A DNA stretch of 64,000 nt, taken from an uncultured Methanosarcinales archaeon. GTDB taxonomy: Archaea; Nanobdellota; Nanobdellia; Woesearchaeales; SKGA01. A program made the position numbers and the translations under genes. Below are positions 19,457-29,044 of the stretch, piece by piece; within the stretch, counting starts at the first letter, position 1; the number at the start of each line of letters is the position of its first letter. The stretch is taken from contig CAZSZY010000001.1 in the NCBI GenBank assembly GCA_964611285.1, positions 1,593 through 65,592 of the forward strand. The letters run 5' to 3'. The notes beneath the pieces were generated by a model. It was not told where the DNA came from. It made no database searches and was given only the letters and a program-made list of their open reading frames with translations.

Positions 19457-20062
19457 ATGGGGTTAAAAAATATTCAACAATTCAAAGAAGAGTTATCTCG
19501 TTTGCAACAAAATTACGAACAAGATGATATAACTCGAGAAGAAATCATAACATTTGCACGAAAAGCATTAAAACCTGCTAAACAAGCAATTTACGCCGCT
19601 CATCGAAATGATCTAACTGAAGCAGAAAAACTACTAGAAACTGCAAAAGATGCAATTAATGAAGCACACAAGCGCCTTGAAGCATCAGGTCTTCGCGATG
19701 TAGGTATGCTGCATGCAAGCGTTGAAGAATATATTGAAGGTCTATGTTATGTCTCATTCATTAAAAACGGTTCGCTTCCTTTGCTTAGTGATCTTAACTT
19801 AACGTTTACTCCTAAACCCGAAACATATTTACAAGCCATGTGTGATTGTGCTGGCGAGTTATCTCGACGTGCAGTTATTGCCGCTACAAAAAATGAAAAA
19901 AACGTAGTCGTAACTATTCACGAAACATTAGGTGAACTTCTAGAGTTATTTATGGAGTTTGATTTTCGCTCTAGCGAACTTCGCAAAAAAACAGAGAACT
20001 TAAAATATAGTTTAAACAAAGTAGAAAGTATTTTGTATGATTTACAGGTGAAGGCAAGATGA
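19457..20062 (+). CDS. Translin-family-like helical nucleic-acid-binding protein (tentative)
   Basis: 201 aa and all-helical. The overall pattern resembles translin/TRAX. The assignment rests on resemblance only. Confidence 0.35.
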   Translation: MGLKNIQQFKEELSRLQQNYEQDDITREEIITFARKALKPAKQAIYAAHRNDLTEAEKLLETAKDAINEAHKRLEASGLRDVGMLHASVEEYIEGLCYVSFIKNGSLPLLSDLNLTFTPKPETYLQAMCDCAGELSRRAVIAATKNEKNVVVTIHETLGELLELFMEFDFRSSELRKKTENLKYSLNKVESILYDLQVKAR

Positions 20063-20685
20063 AACGAACGGTTACACAGAAAAATAATCGTGGAAAATTA
20101 GTTGTGGGAATTATTGCAGCTATCATTGTAATTTTAATTATAGGATATTTAGTTATTACAAACTTGTCAGCTTATGCGGGTGAAGACGAAATGGTAAATG
20201 AAAAAATTGTTACAATCAGCACATCAAAAGGAAATATTGTTGTCCAGCTTAACGAAGCAGAAGCACCTATTACTGTTGCAAACTTTAAACAATATGTAAA
20301 AGAAGAATTTTATAATGGAACTGTATTTCACAGAGTTATTAAAGATTTCATGGTTCAAGGTGGAGGGTTTACACCTGATGGCAATCAAAAGAAAACAAGC
20401 GCACCAATTGTTCTAGAAGCCGGATTAAGTAATGATAGAGGCACAATCGCAATGGCCAGAACTAATGATCCTAACAGTGCAACAACACAATTTTTTATCA
20501 ATCACGCAGATAATGGATTTCTCAATCCATCACCTGGCAATCCTGGTTATGCTGTTTTTGGAAAAGTAATTAGCGGCATGGATGTTGTTGATGAAATTGC
20601 AAAAGTGCAAACAAAGGATGGTGATTGGCCTGTTGAAAATGTTATGATTACTAGCATCACTTTTGGAGGAGAAATCAATGTATAG
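20059..20685 (+). CDS. Cyclophilin-type peptidyl-prolyl cis-trans isomerase with an N-terminal membrane anchor
   Basis: 208 aa. Cyclophilin signatures are FHRVIKDFMVQGGGF and TNDPNSATTQFFIN. An N-terminal TM helix is present and the start overlaps the upstream stop (ATGA). Confidence 0.85.
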   Translation: MKRTVTQKNNRGKLVVGIIAAIIVILIIGYLVITNLSAYAGEDEMVNEKIVTISTSKGNIVVQLNEAEAPITVANFKQYVKEEFYNGTVFHRVIKDFMVQGGGFTPDGNQKKTSAPIVLEAGLSNDRGTIAMARTNDPNSATTQFFINHADNGFLNPSPGNPGYAVFGKVISGMDVVDEIAKVQTKDGDWPVENVMITSITFGGEINV

Positions 20686-22378
20686 AACACATACTTGTGG
20701 AGAACTTCGAGCAACTGATGTTGATAAAAAAGTAATGCTTGCGGGATGGGTGCACACTATTCGAACTCATGGCGCATTAACATTCATTGATCTTCGAGAC
20801 CGATACGGAATCACACAAATTGCTGCAAACAAAGAATTAGCAGAAAACATTACTAAAGAATCTGTTGTACAAGTTAAAGGAAGCGTGCTCAAAAAACCTG
20901 AAGCAAACAAAGCGTTAGCAACTGGCGAAGTAGAACTTAAAGCAACAGAAGTTACTCTTTTAAACAAATCAAAACCACTTCCTCTAGCACTTGGTAATCC
21001 TGAAACAACAGAAGAAACTCGATTAAAATATCGTTATCTTGATTTGCGAACAAAAAACATGCAGAAAAATCTTATTTTACGTCATAAAGCCACCATTGCT
21101 ATTCGAGAATATTTTGATAAAGAAGGATTCTTAGAATTAGAAACTCCAATTCTTGGTAAAAGTACTCCTGAAGGTGCGAGAGACTATCTTGTACCTAGCC
21201 GAGTTAATCAAGGAAAATTTTATGCTCTTCCTCAAAGTCCTCAAATTTTCAAACAATTGTTTCAAGTTTCTGGTTTGGATAAATATATGCAAATTGTAAA
21301 GTGCTTTCGTGACGAAGATCTTCGTGCAGACCGACAACCAGAATTTACACAAATTGATTTGGAAATGAGTTTTGTTGAAGAAGATGATATTTACAAGTTA
21401 CTTGAAGGAATGATTAAACATGTGTGGAAGAAAACACTTGATGTTGATATCCCAATTCCATTCCCTAGACTAAAATATGAAGAAGCAATGCTCAAGTATG
21501 GTAGTGATAAACCAGACCTTCGATTCGATTTAGAAATTGAGGATGTAACAAAGTGGGCTAAAACTACTGACTTTGGCGTCTTTAAAGAAGCAGAATGTAT
21601 TCGTGCGCTAAAAGTAAAAGAGAACTTTTCTAGAAAACAAATCGACAAGTTAACTGATGTTGTCAAAATTTATGGTGCTAAAGGTTTAGCATTCCTTAAA
21701 CTTGAAGAAGGTCAACTTGCTGGCGGTATCGCTAAATTTGTTAAAGACGCACCATTCAACTTAGAAGAAGGAGAAACTGTTTTCTTTGTAGCTGACATAC
21801 AGCGTACTGTTGCACCTGCACTTGGCGCTCTTCGAAGTCATCTTGGTAAAGAGCTTAATCTTATCAATAAAGATGCTTGGGAATTCGTTTGGATTACTGA
21901 GTTTCCTCTTATGGAATGGAGTGAAGAACGACAATCTTGGGGGCCTATGCATCATCCATTTACCAGTCCAACGCTGGGAGATAGAGCATTACTAAAAACA
22001 ACTCCTGAGAAAGCGAGTTCTCGAGCTTACGATTTAGCATTAAATGGGGTCGAGCTTGGCGGTGGAAGTATTCGGATTCATGATCGAGCTCTTCAAGAAG
22101 AAGTGTTTGATGCATTAAATATTTCTCGAGAAGAACAAGAACGAAAGTTTGGTTTCATGCTTGGTGCTTTTGAATATGGCGCTCCACCTCATGGTGGTTT
22201 AGCATTTGGTCTTGATAGAATAATCATGATGCTTGTTGGTGCAGACAATATTCGAGAAGTTATGGCATTTCCTAAAAACAAAGATGCTCAAGATTTAATG
22301 ATGGATTCACCTAGTGATGCAGAAGATGAGCAACTTGAAGAATTAGGAATTAACATAAAAACACTCAAAAACAAATAA
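20663..22378 (+). CDS. aspS: Aspartyl-tRNA synthetase, bacterial type (with GAD insertion domain)
   Basis: 571 aa. It has class II motifs and the bacterial-type signatures LRYRYLDLR, QSPQIFKQL, FTQIDLEMSF and GGGSIRIHD. The length fits the bacterial type, not the ~430-aa archaeal type. Confidence 0.85.
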   Translation: MEEKSMYRTHTCGELRATDVDKKVMLAGWVHTIRTHGALTFIDLRDRYGITQIAANKELAENITKESVVQVKGSVLKKPEANKALATGEVELKATEVTLLNKSKPLPLALGNPETTEETRLKYRYLDLRTKNMQKNLILRHKATIAIREYFDKEGFLELETPILGKSTPEGARDYLVPSRVNQGKFYALPQSPQIFKQLFQVSGLDKYMQIVKCFRDEDLRADRQPEFTQIDLEMSFVEEDDIYKLLEGMIKHVWKKTLDVDIPIPFPRLKYEEAMLKYGSDKPDLRFDLEIEDVTKWAKTTDFGVFKEAECIRALKVKENFSRKQIDKLTDVVKIYGAKGLAFLKLEEGQLAGGIAKFVKDAPFNLEEGETVFFVADIQRTVAPALGALRSHLGKELNLINKDAWEFVWITEFPLMEWSEERQSWGPMHHPFTSPTLGDRALLKTTPEKASSRAYDLALNGVELGGGSIRIHDRALQEEVFDALNISREEQERKFGFMLGAFEYGAPPHGGLAFGLDRIIMMLVGADNIREVMAFPKNKDAQDLMMDSPSDAEDEQLEELGINIKTLKNK

Positions 22379-22455
22379 TTGTTTTTGGTGTGCTTCACAG
22401 CAAATAAAAAAATAATTAGCAGTCAACAACAAAACGCAGGAAACCGGCTCGCTGT

Positions 22456-23004
22456 TTAAACAACCATAGTAAATGCTATTCTGACATCAGATTTTACACC
22501 AATGTATTTCATGGCAAAGTCGGATGTATCCAATAGGAAATCTGTACTTAAACTATTCTTAGTCACTGTTACAGGAAATTCGATTGACTTTGTGATGCCT
22601 CTAAATGTTAACTCTGCAGTCATCATTCCATTTGCAAGAGCTGTTGACTGAATAGATATTTTAGGGTATGTTGTAACATCAAAAAAGTCATCGCTTTTGA
22701 GGTGATTGTTTAATGATTCAATTCCCATATCAACACTGCTTGCCAAAATAACTCCTTTAGCTCCAGTTATTTGACCATCAGTAATAGTAAATTCTCCACT
22801 CCAATCTGTGAATGTTCCTACGTGAGATTTACCTATCGCATAACCTTCAAATTCAAGTACGCTTTGTGAGATATCAATCGCTTTTGATCCTCCAAAACCT
22901 TCGGGGATAGTAGAACCCGCACCGGTTGCTTGAGGATCAATTCCTCCAGAACAACTTACAAGCGCCAAAAGCGCAATTATCGCTAAAATAAACACATATT
23001 TCAT
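22456..23004 (-). CDS. YceI-like secreted/lipoprotein beta-barrel protein
   Basis: 182 aa. It has a lipoprotein-type signal (LALVSCSGG) and the YceI-like segment HLKSDDFFDVTTYPKISI. Confidence 0.55.
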   Translation of the reverse strand: MKYVFILAIIALLALVSCSGGIDPQATGAGSTIPEGFGGSKAIDISQSVLEFEGYAIGKSHVGTFTDWSGEFTITDGQITGAKGVILASSVDMGIESLNNHLKSDDFFDVTTYPKISIQSTALANGMMTAELTFRGITKSIEFPVTVTKNSLSTDFLLDTSDFAMKYIGVKSDVRIAFTMVV

Positions 23005-23117
23005 ACAATGTCTCCTCCTTTGTTATGGGTTTCTATGAAGGTTAGTTTATAAAAACCTTTTGTAAGAGAGGTGGTGAGAAGGATTTATAAATGAAAAGAT
23101 GAAAAAAGAATATATAG

Positions 23118-25130
23118 GTGTGGCCCGTGGGAATTCCGGTAAGAGCAATACAATATCAATGGGAATCATTGTTGTATAGAAAAGAGTTAACCAGAACGTA
23201 TTCTTATAAACAAGAGTTTGGACCTCAAGTACTTTCCAGAGATAAAAACGGTCTAGCAAATAAAGTGAAGTTTCCCGTCTATGTAAATGACTCTGCTAAA
23301 GATGTGTATTTAGTCGGAGAATTTAATGACTGGGGCAAGAAAAACAAAGAAAAGTTTAAGCTCGGCAAAGAAGAAACGGGCTTTCAAAGTATCGTTGTTA
23401 CAGGCATTAAACATAAAGATTCTTATTTATTTTTAGTGAATGACAAAGGAAGTGAATTCTTACTTCGTGATCCTGCTAGTTTTTGTTTTGATAAAAAAGG
23501 AAACGCTCAGTTTTGGGACTTTAATGATCCTTCAACGTACAAAAAAAAACACGAAGGACCGGATACATTACATCGAGTTACAAATATTTTACAAACAGAT
23601 TTGCCTGGTCTTGTTGCAAAATGGTTTAAGTTGGATGATAAGGCCGTTACTCTTGCAGAAAGCAAAGATGACTTATTTACCTACATAAAAAATTGTGGCG
23701 TTTTACAAAAAGTCAGAGAATTAGGTTTTAACACTATTCAGTTTCTACCAATAGCTCAAAGTATTGATGGTGATAACTGGAAATTTCGATATTTATCACC
23801 TTACCCTTTTGCTGTGCAAAGAGCATGGGGAACACCGGACTCATTTCTTGCAATGGTGGATGAATGTCATAAATTAGGAATTGCGATAATTACAGATATT
23901 ATTCTTAGTCACAGCCCTTACAAAGATTATTCTTTATTTGGTATGCGCGGTGAAGATGTAGGAATCCATCGTTGGCAAAGCAAACATCGCGAAGATACTT
24001 ACCTTGAAGAATTTACTCCATGGGGAACAAAACGTTTTCGTTATGGTGATGAGCATATTAGAAGGTATCTAGTAGAAAGCGCATTGCATGTGCTTACCCA
24101 TTACGGTGTTGATGGTTTTCGGATCGATAATGTTGATGGTATATTGCGTTATGGCGATGCTGGTCAAGGAGAGGAAAGACCGCATGGACGATTATTTCTT
24201 AGAGAACTAATTACTCAAGTGTATGAACATAATCCTTTAGCATTAATTCATTTAGAGTCACATTATTTTTATGGAGATAACGCTAAAATGTTGGTTTCTC
24301 CTTTAGCAAGTGATACTCGCGCATTAGGCGCAACAGCATACAATAGTTCTCGTTTAACATATTATTTTCACAAAGAAGTTATGCCTAAATCATCAGAACA
24401 AATTTCGGTCTGGCGTTTTGAACAAATTAGAGAAGAAAAAGAGTGGGGACGATCTAACTCCACAATTGCTGATTTTCATAACCATGATGCGGCCGCAGGG
24501 CTCATGGCTGAGCGAGCAACAGGATCATATGCATATGATGCGCTAATTTTGAAAAGACACGATTTATGGTTTCATGCTGTTGGAAAAATAAAAATGATGG
24601 AAGCAATTATCGCGTTTGGTTGTGAAGGCCGTATTCTTGATTTATTACAAACATTTTTACTGCAAGAAGGAACTTTTGAACATGATAGTAGTATTAATTG
24701 GGGAATGTTAAAAAATGATGTGCGTAGTCAAAAAATTGCTTCCTATAAACAACATATAAACAATATTGCAGAGCATCCCGCGTTTTGGCCCGAAAACACA
24801 CTTTATCGAAAGTATTTGAATGTTGATGAAAAAAATAAAATTCTTGTTATCAAACGAGAAGATAAAACAACAAATTCAAGAGAAGAATTTTATATACTCA
24901 TAAATCTGTCAACTAATGAAACATACGATTATGCTTTTGGTATTGAAGAAGTAGGTGAGTATGAACTCATATTTAACAGCGACGACGAAGCATATATGGG
25001 AACAAATAAGGCAAAATTACCACATGAACTTACTGCTAAACGCAGTCAACAATTTGCTCTTTTCAAAGAAGAAATCAACATACCAGTTGTTACACCATAC
25101 CATGTATTGGTCTTTAAACATAAAAAATGA
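23118..25130 (+). CDS. GH13 alpha-amylase-family enzyme with an N-terminal CBM48-like domain (branching-enzyme/isoamylase-like)
   Basis: 670 aa with a GTG start. The GH13 conserved regions are I DIILSHS, II GFRIDNVDG and IV FHNHD. The N-terminal motif VYLVGEFNDWGKK is typical of CBM48. Confidence 0.65.
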   Translation: MWPVGIPVRAIQYQWESLLYRKELTRTYSYKQEFGPQVLSRDKNGLANKVKFPVYVNDSAKDVYLVGEFNDWGKKNKEKFKLGKEETGFQSIVVTGIKHKDSYLFLVNDKGSEFLLRDPASFCFDKKGNAQFWDFNDPSTYKKKHEGPDTLHRVTNILQTDLPGLVAKWFKLDDKAVTLAESKDDLFTYIKNCGVLQKVRELGFNTIQFLPIAQSIDGDNWKFRYLSPYPFAVQRAWGTPDSFLAMVDECHKLGIAIITDIILSHSPYKDYSLFGMRGEDVGIHRWQSKHREDTYLEEFTPWGTKRFRYGDEHIRRYLVESALHVLTHYGVDGFRIDNVDGILRYGDAGQGEERPHGRLFLRELITQVYEHNPLALIHLESHYFYGDNAKMLVSPLASDTRALGATAYNSSRLTYYFHKEVMPKSSEQISVWRFEQIREEKEWGRSNSTIADFHNHDAAAGLMAERATGSYAYDALILKRHDLWFHAVGKIKMMEAIIAFGCEGRILDLLQTFLLQEGTFEHDSSINWGMLKNDVRSQKIASYKQHINNIAEHPAFWPENTLYRKYLNVDEKNKILVIKREDKTTNSREEFYILINLSTNETYDYAFGIEEVGEYELIFNSDDEAYMGTNKAKLPHELTAKRSQQFALFKEEINIPVVTPYHVLVFKHKK

Positions 25131-26389
25131 ATTTTAAAACCGAAAGACGACATCAAATGCACGCAGCTGCAATAAAACACTTAGGTGCAGGTAGTATCTT
25201 TGTTGGATTAGCATACGCATCGTTTGAGACTGTTTGGGCTTTGTTAGTATACAGTATTTTTCCTAGTAAAACAGCTGTAGGTATCGTTATTGGAATATTT
25301 TATTTACTATTATTATTTTCTCTTGCATTCTTATATCCATTATTTAATAAGTTCTCAGCAAGAAAACTTTTACTCAGTTCTCTCGGTGTAAATTCAGTCG
25401 TTATGATTTTTTATGCAGTAGTATATTACCTTCTTCAAATCAGTGTAGCAACAAGAATGCAAGCACAATTATTGTTCTTTACCCTTGCAGGAATCAATGC
25501 CATCTTTATGGCATTACGAATTCAATCCATGGGTATTCTTCTTCGTATGAATAGTATGCGAAAAGAAATTAGTGCAAATGAGAACTTTATGTACATGGTT
25601 GCAAATATTGGGTGGGTGCTTGGTCCATTAATTGTCGGTATTATAGCCAAAATATTTCGTGTTGATTTTTTAGTGCTTATCATAGTTATGATATTAGCAA
25701 GTGTTTGCCTATTAGTTGCAACATATGTCATGGCGTTCTCTCAAACAATTCTAAAAAAAGAAAAACAGCAAGAAATGCAGAAAATAAATGTATTTAAGAA
25801 TTTACGAATGTTTTTTAGAAGCAAAAAAAGATTAGTAAGTTACATTCTTAGTAGTGGTTTAGAGGTGTGGTGGACTATACCTTACATTTTTATTCCTATT
25901 GAAATGATTGAACATTATGGCTTTGGTGTTAAAGAAGTGGGAATTTTCATGTTCTTGCTTTGTTTACCACTTATTATTATTGAGTTTTTTATGAGAAGAC
26001 AATTAAGTGTTTCTCTGAGAAAAGTTATTATGTTTGGTTTTGGATTTGTTGGCACATTTGGCTTTATTGCTGCAATGACAGGAAACATTTATTTATTTCT
26101 TGGCTCAATTATTATTGCCAGTTTTGGTATGGGTCTTTTAGAACCTACAACAGAAAGCTATTTTTTTAGCATTACTAATCAAGAAGAAAGTGAGCGGTTC
26201 TATGGCTCATTTATGACTTCAAAACACATCGGAGGAACTGTCAGCAAATTTGCTCTTGCAGCAATCCTCTTTTTTGCGCCCCTTCGTATAGGACTTATTT
26301 TTATTTCTATTTTAATGATTGTTTTTGCAATGATTGCGGTTCCTAAGAAAAATAAAAAACACAAACAAATTGTTGCAACGAGCGCATAA
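25127..26389 (+). CDS. Major-facilitator-like polytopic transporter
   Basis: 420 aa with about 12 hydrophobic helices in two halves. Its start overlaps the upstream stop. Confidence 0.45.
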   Translation: MNFKTERRHQMHAAAIKHLGAGSIFVGLAYASFETVWALLVYSIFPSKTAVGIVIGIFYLLLLFSLAFLYPLFNKFSARKLLLSSLGVNSVVMIFYAVVYYLLQISVATRMQAQLLFFTLAGINAIFMALRIQSMGILLRMNSMRKEISANENFMYMVANIGWVLGPLIVGIIAKIFRVDFLVLIIVMILASVCLLVATYVMAFSQTILKKEKQQEMQKINVFKNLRMFFRSKKRLVSYILSSGLEVWWTIPYIFIPIEMIEHYGFGVKEVGIFMFLLCLPLIIIEFFMRRQLSVSLRKVIMFGFGFVGTFGFIAAMTGNIYLFLGSIIIASFGMGLLEPTTESYFFSITNQEESERFYGSFMTSKHIGGTVSKFALAAILFFAPLRIGLIFISILMIVFAMIAVPKKNKKHKQIVATSA

Positions 26390-26391
26390 CT

Positions 26392-26874
26392 ATGAGCCAA
26401 AAAACATTTGAAGCGATTTGTTCTCTTCTTAATGGGAAAAATATATCTTATAAACATGAGCATCATGAAACTATTGGACGTTCTTCTGATAAGGCATCTG
26501 AAATAAGAGGAACTAAATTAAGTGATGGTGCTAAGGCATTAGTGCTTAAAACAAAGTCAGGAAAATTTTTTCAAGCAATTATTCCTGCAGATAAAAAAGC
26601 CAATCTTAAAGAATTAAAAAAACTTAATGGTGAAAAGAATGTTTCCTTGGCAAGCCCTAACGAGGTTCTTTTGTTAACTGACTGTGTTATAGGCAGCGTC
26701 CCGCCTTTTGGAATTTTCTGGAACTTAATTGTTTTTGCCGATAAAAGTCTTTTAGGAAAAAAAGAAGTGGTTTTTTCAGCAGGCACATTAGAAGATTCCA
26801 TTTTTATTTCTCCTAAAGATTTAATCAATTGCAATAATGCATCTATTGTTAATATTGCAAAAGAAAAAGAATAA
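26392..26874 (+). CDS. YbaK/ProX-family aminoacyl-tRNA deacylase
   Basis: 160 aa. The segment ALVLKTKSGKFFQAIIPADKKANLKEL...GSVPPFG matches the YbaK/ProX editing-domain pattern. Confidence 0.6.
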   Translation: MSQKTFEAICSLLNGKNISYKHEHHETIGRSSDKASEIRGTKLSDGAKALVLKTKSGKFFQAIIPADKKANLKELKKLNGEKNVSLASPNEVLLLTDCVIGSVPPFGIFWNLIVFADKSLLGKKEVVFSAGTLEDSIFISPKDLINCNNASIVNIAKEKE

Positions 26875-27510
26875 CTAAAAATGAGTTCCTCGAACAGGTA
26901 CAAAATCTCTAGGTCCATCTGATTTCTTCATTGTAGTATATACTTGCATAAGTTCATACAAATCATTTGAACACTTTGTGAGTTCTTCTTCTGCTTCATC
27001 AACTGCATTTTCTTGTAATCGTTTCCAGAACCATTTCTTTAGTAATTTAAGAAGGGGGCTCTTTCTCCAAGGATTATCTGGATTGTCATCGTCGTGTGCA
27101 AAGTGCATGTAAAATGAAGCATTTACTTTAAACTCTCCATTGTTTAGCTTGATTTTCTTTCCTTCGTGCATAAACTCTTTTTCTTCCATAATAAGAGTTT
27201 TCATATCCCATCGTACATAAAATCGAAGTGAGTTCTCAAAGTTCTTTATAGGATCTTTGTATGCTCGCCACCAAATATCGTGATTTAATGCACCATCATC
27301 AAGTGTTACTTCTGAGAATAATGTTTCAAAATCTCCCTCGCCACGTTGTATATCTTTCCAACCTTCGTGCTCCATAAATTCATGAAGTCGTTTGTAGAGA
27401 AGTTCTAGATTAAATGTTTCTTTAACAACAAATTCCCAACTAATCAGAGGATCTTTTTCTGTTACTTCTCCAGGGATTTTTCCAGGTGGTGGTGCTACCA
27501 TGATAAACAC
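26875..27510 (-). CDS. Hypothetical protein
   Basis: 211-aa ORF with no recognisable motifs. Confidence 0.3.
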   Translation of the reverse strand: MFIMVAPPPGKIPGEVTEKDPLISWEFVVKETFNLELLYKRLHEFMEHEGWKDIQRGEGDFETLFSEVTLDDGALNHDIWWRAYKDPIKNFENSLRFYVRWDMKTLIMEEKEFMHEGKKIKLNNGEFKVNASFYMHFAHDDDNPDNPWRKSPLLKLLKKWFWKRLQENAVDEAEEELTKCSNDLYELMQVYTTMKKSDGPRDFVPVRGTHF

Positions 27511-27524
27511 ATTTTTTTGTATAG

Positions 27525-28901
27525 TTATAAGTTTTTCTTACGGGAAGTAATAACTAACCAGAAATAAAGTGGTGTTACAATTCCCACTAATAAGACGGCA
27601 AGACTTTTTAAGAGTAAAGTAAATGGCATTCCGCCTATTTGAGCAAGATATGCTCCTGCGATTACTAAAATAAGGAAAGGAATTGCGGAAAGAGTTTTTA
27701 ATGAAGTATAAAAAGTTTTTTTCTCAGAGGGACCTAGTAATTTGTTTGTTAACAATCCTTGCGCAACTCCTAAAATGCTAGAGCCAAGTACTGCCAGTGA
27801 TGCTGCAAGAACTACTGCATAAAAATGAGGATTATAAAGCAAAGCCAAAGGCATCATGGCCATAAGAAGTGTTCCAAACACAAACATAGGTGCTAGACCT
27901 GCTTGTCGTTGAACAAACTGAGTAACACTTGATCCTAAAAGGGAAACCAGTATTGCAACACCAAAGACCACTGCAACATTCAGAAATCCTCCAAAGTAAC
28001 TTGTTTTGTAAAATTCATAAATAACATAACCATAAAATGCAGCTCCCAAAGTATGCGCTACGCCAATAAAAAGAGACCCTAAGAAAAGAAACGTTGAATA
28101 TGAATCTGAAAAAAATAATTTCGCTTTTGAAGTGCTTTCGTGTATATATTCTCTAAGAAATTTGATGAATGAATAGTGTTTTTTAGGAACATTTTGTAGA
28201 GGTGTTTTTGCTAAAATAAACCCTGACAAAATAAACATTATTGCTGCAAATTCAAACACAACAAAATAACCTGCCAAAGGTATTGTTTTTCCCATCACCA
28301 GTATTGATTGGCCTTCCATGCCAAAGTGTTCTAATAAAAAACCTGAAAAAAGAAATGCAACAAGCGTTATAAGCAAACCAAAATGACTTATTTTTCGTAA
28401 GAACTTTGATCGTTTCTCGTGGTGTAAATGCAGATCAACAAGTTGTACATGTAAGTGACCGTAAGCCACAACACCAATACTTCCAAGAAGAACTGCTACT
28501 GCAAAAAGAAAGGTTGAATGTAATCGTATTCCTAATAAAACTCCTAGAAAACTAAATCCAAAAATAATTCCTGCAGTGCTAATAAATTGTTTTCCTAAAG
28601 TTTTAAGTTGAGAAAACTCTTTAATGAATGCTGCAAAAAAGTCGCTGATAACATCTCTAAATGCATTGATGATACCCACTAATAGAGCGCCTGCACCAGT
28701 GAGAAAAAATAATATGTTAATGAATTGATGCGCGCCAAGACCATAACCTATTCTGTCTAGTATTTCTCGTAAAGAAAAAGCCCTATTTAGAATTTTGTAA
28801 CGTGATTTGTTTTGTGCGACTACTGAGAAATCAGACGTGGTGTATGTCTCATCTAACTCTTGGTCAGCTTGCTCTTCCATTAATTCTTGCAAATCACCCA
28901 T
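27525..28901 (-). CDS. Polytopic membrane transporter (MFS-like)
   Basis: 458 aa with about 12 TM helices and an acidic N-terminal cytoplasmic tail. Confidence 0.45.
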   Translation of the reverse strand: MGDLQELMEEQADQELDETYTTSDFSVVAQNKSRYKILNRAFSLREILDRIGYGLGAHQFINILFFLTGAGALLVGIINAFRDVISDFFAAFIKEFSQLKTLGKQFISTAGIIFGFSFLGVLLGIRLHSTFLFAVAVLLGSIGVVAYGHLHVQLVDLHLHHEKRSKFLRKISHFGLLITLVAFLFSGFLLEHFGMEGQSILVMGKTIPLAGYFVVFEFAAIMFILSGFILAKTPLQNVPKKHYSFIKFLREYIHESTSKAKLFFSDSYSTFLFLGSLFIGVAHTLGAAFYGYVIYEFYKTSYFGGFLNVAVVFGVAILVSLLGSSVTQFVQRQAGLAPMFVFGTLLMAMMPLALLYNPHFYAVVLAASLAVLGSSILGVAQGLLTNKLLGPSEKKTFYTSLKTLSAIPFLILVIAGAYLAQIGGMPFTLLLKSLAVLLVGIVTPLYFWLVITSRKKNL

Positions 28902-29044
28902 AATAAAACATAGTAAAAAATCCTTATTTAAAACCTTCGCTTAAAAAAGAATAAAACACTTACCCCTCTCGAGTAGTTCGAAAAAAGAGAGTAACGGATG
29001 AATGGGGAGAAATATTTATAAAGAAAATTTCGTGTTTAAAAGGT

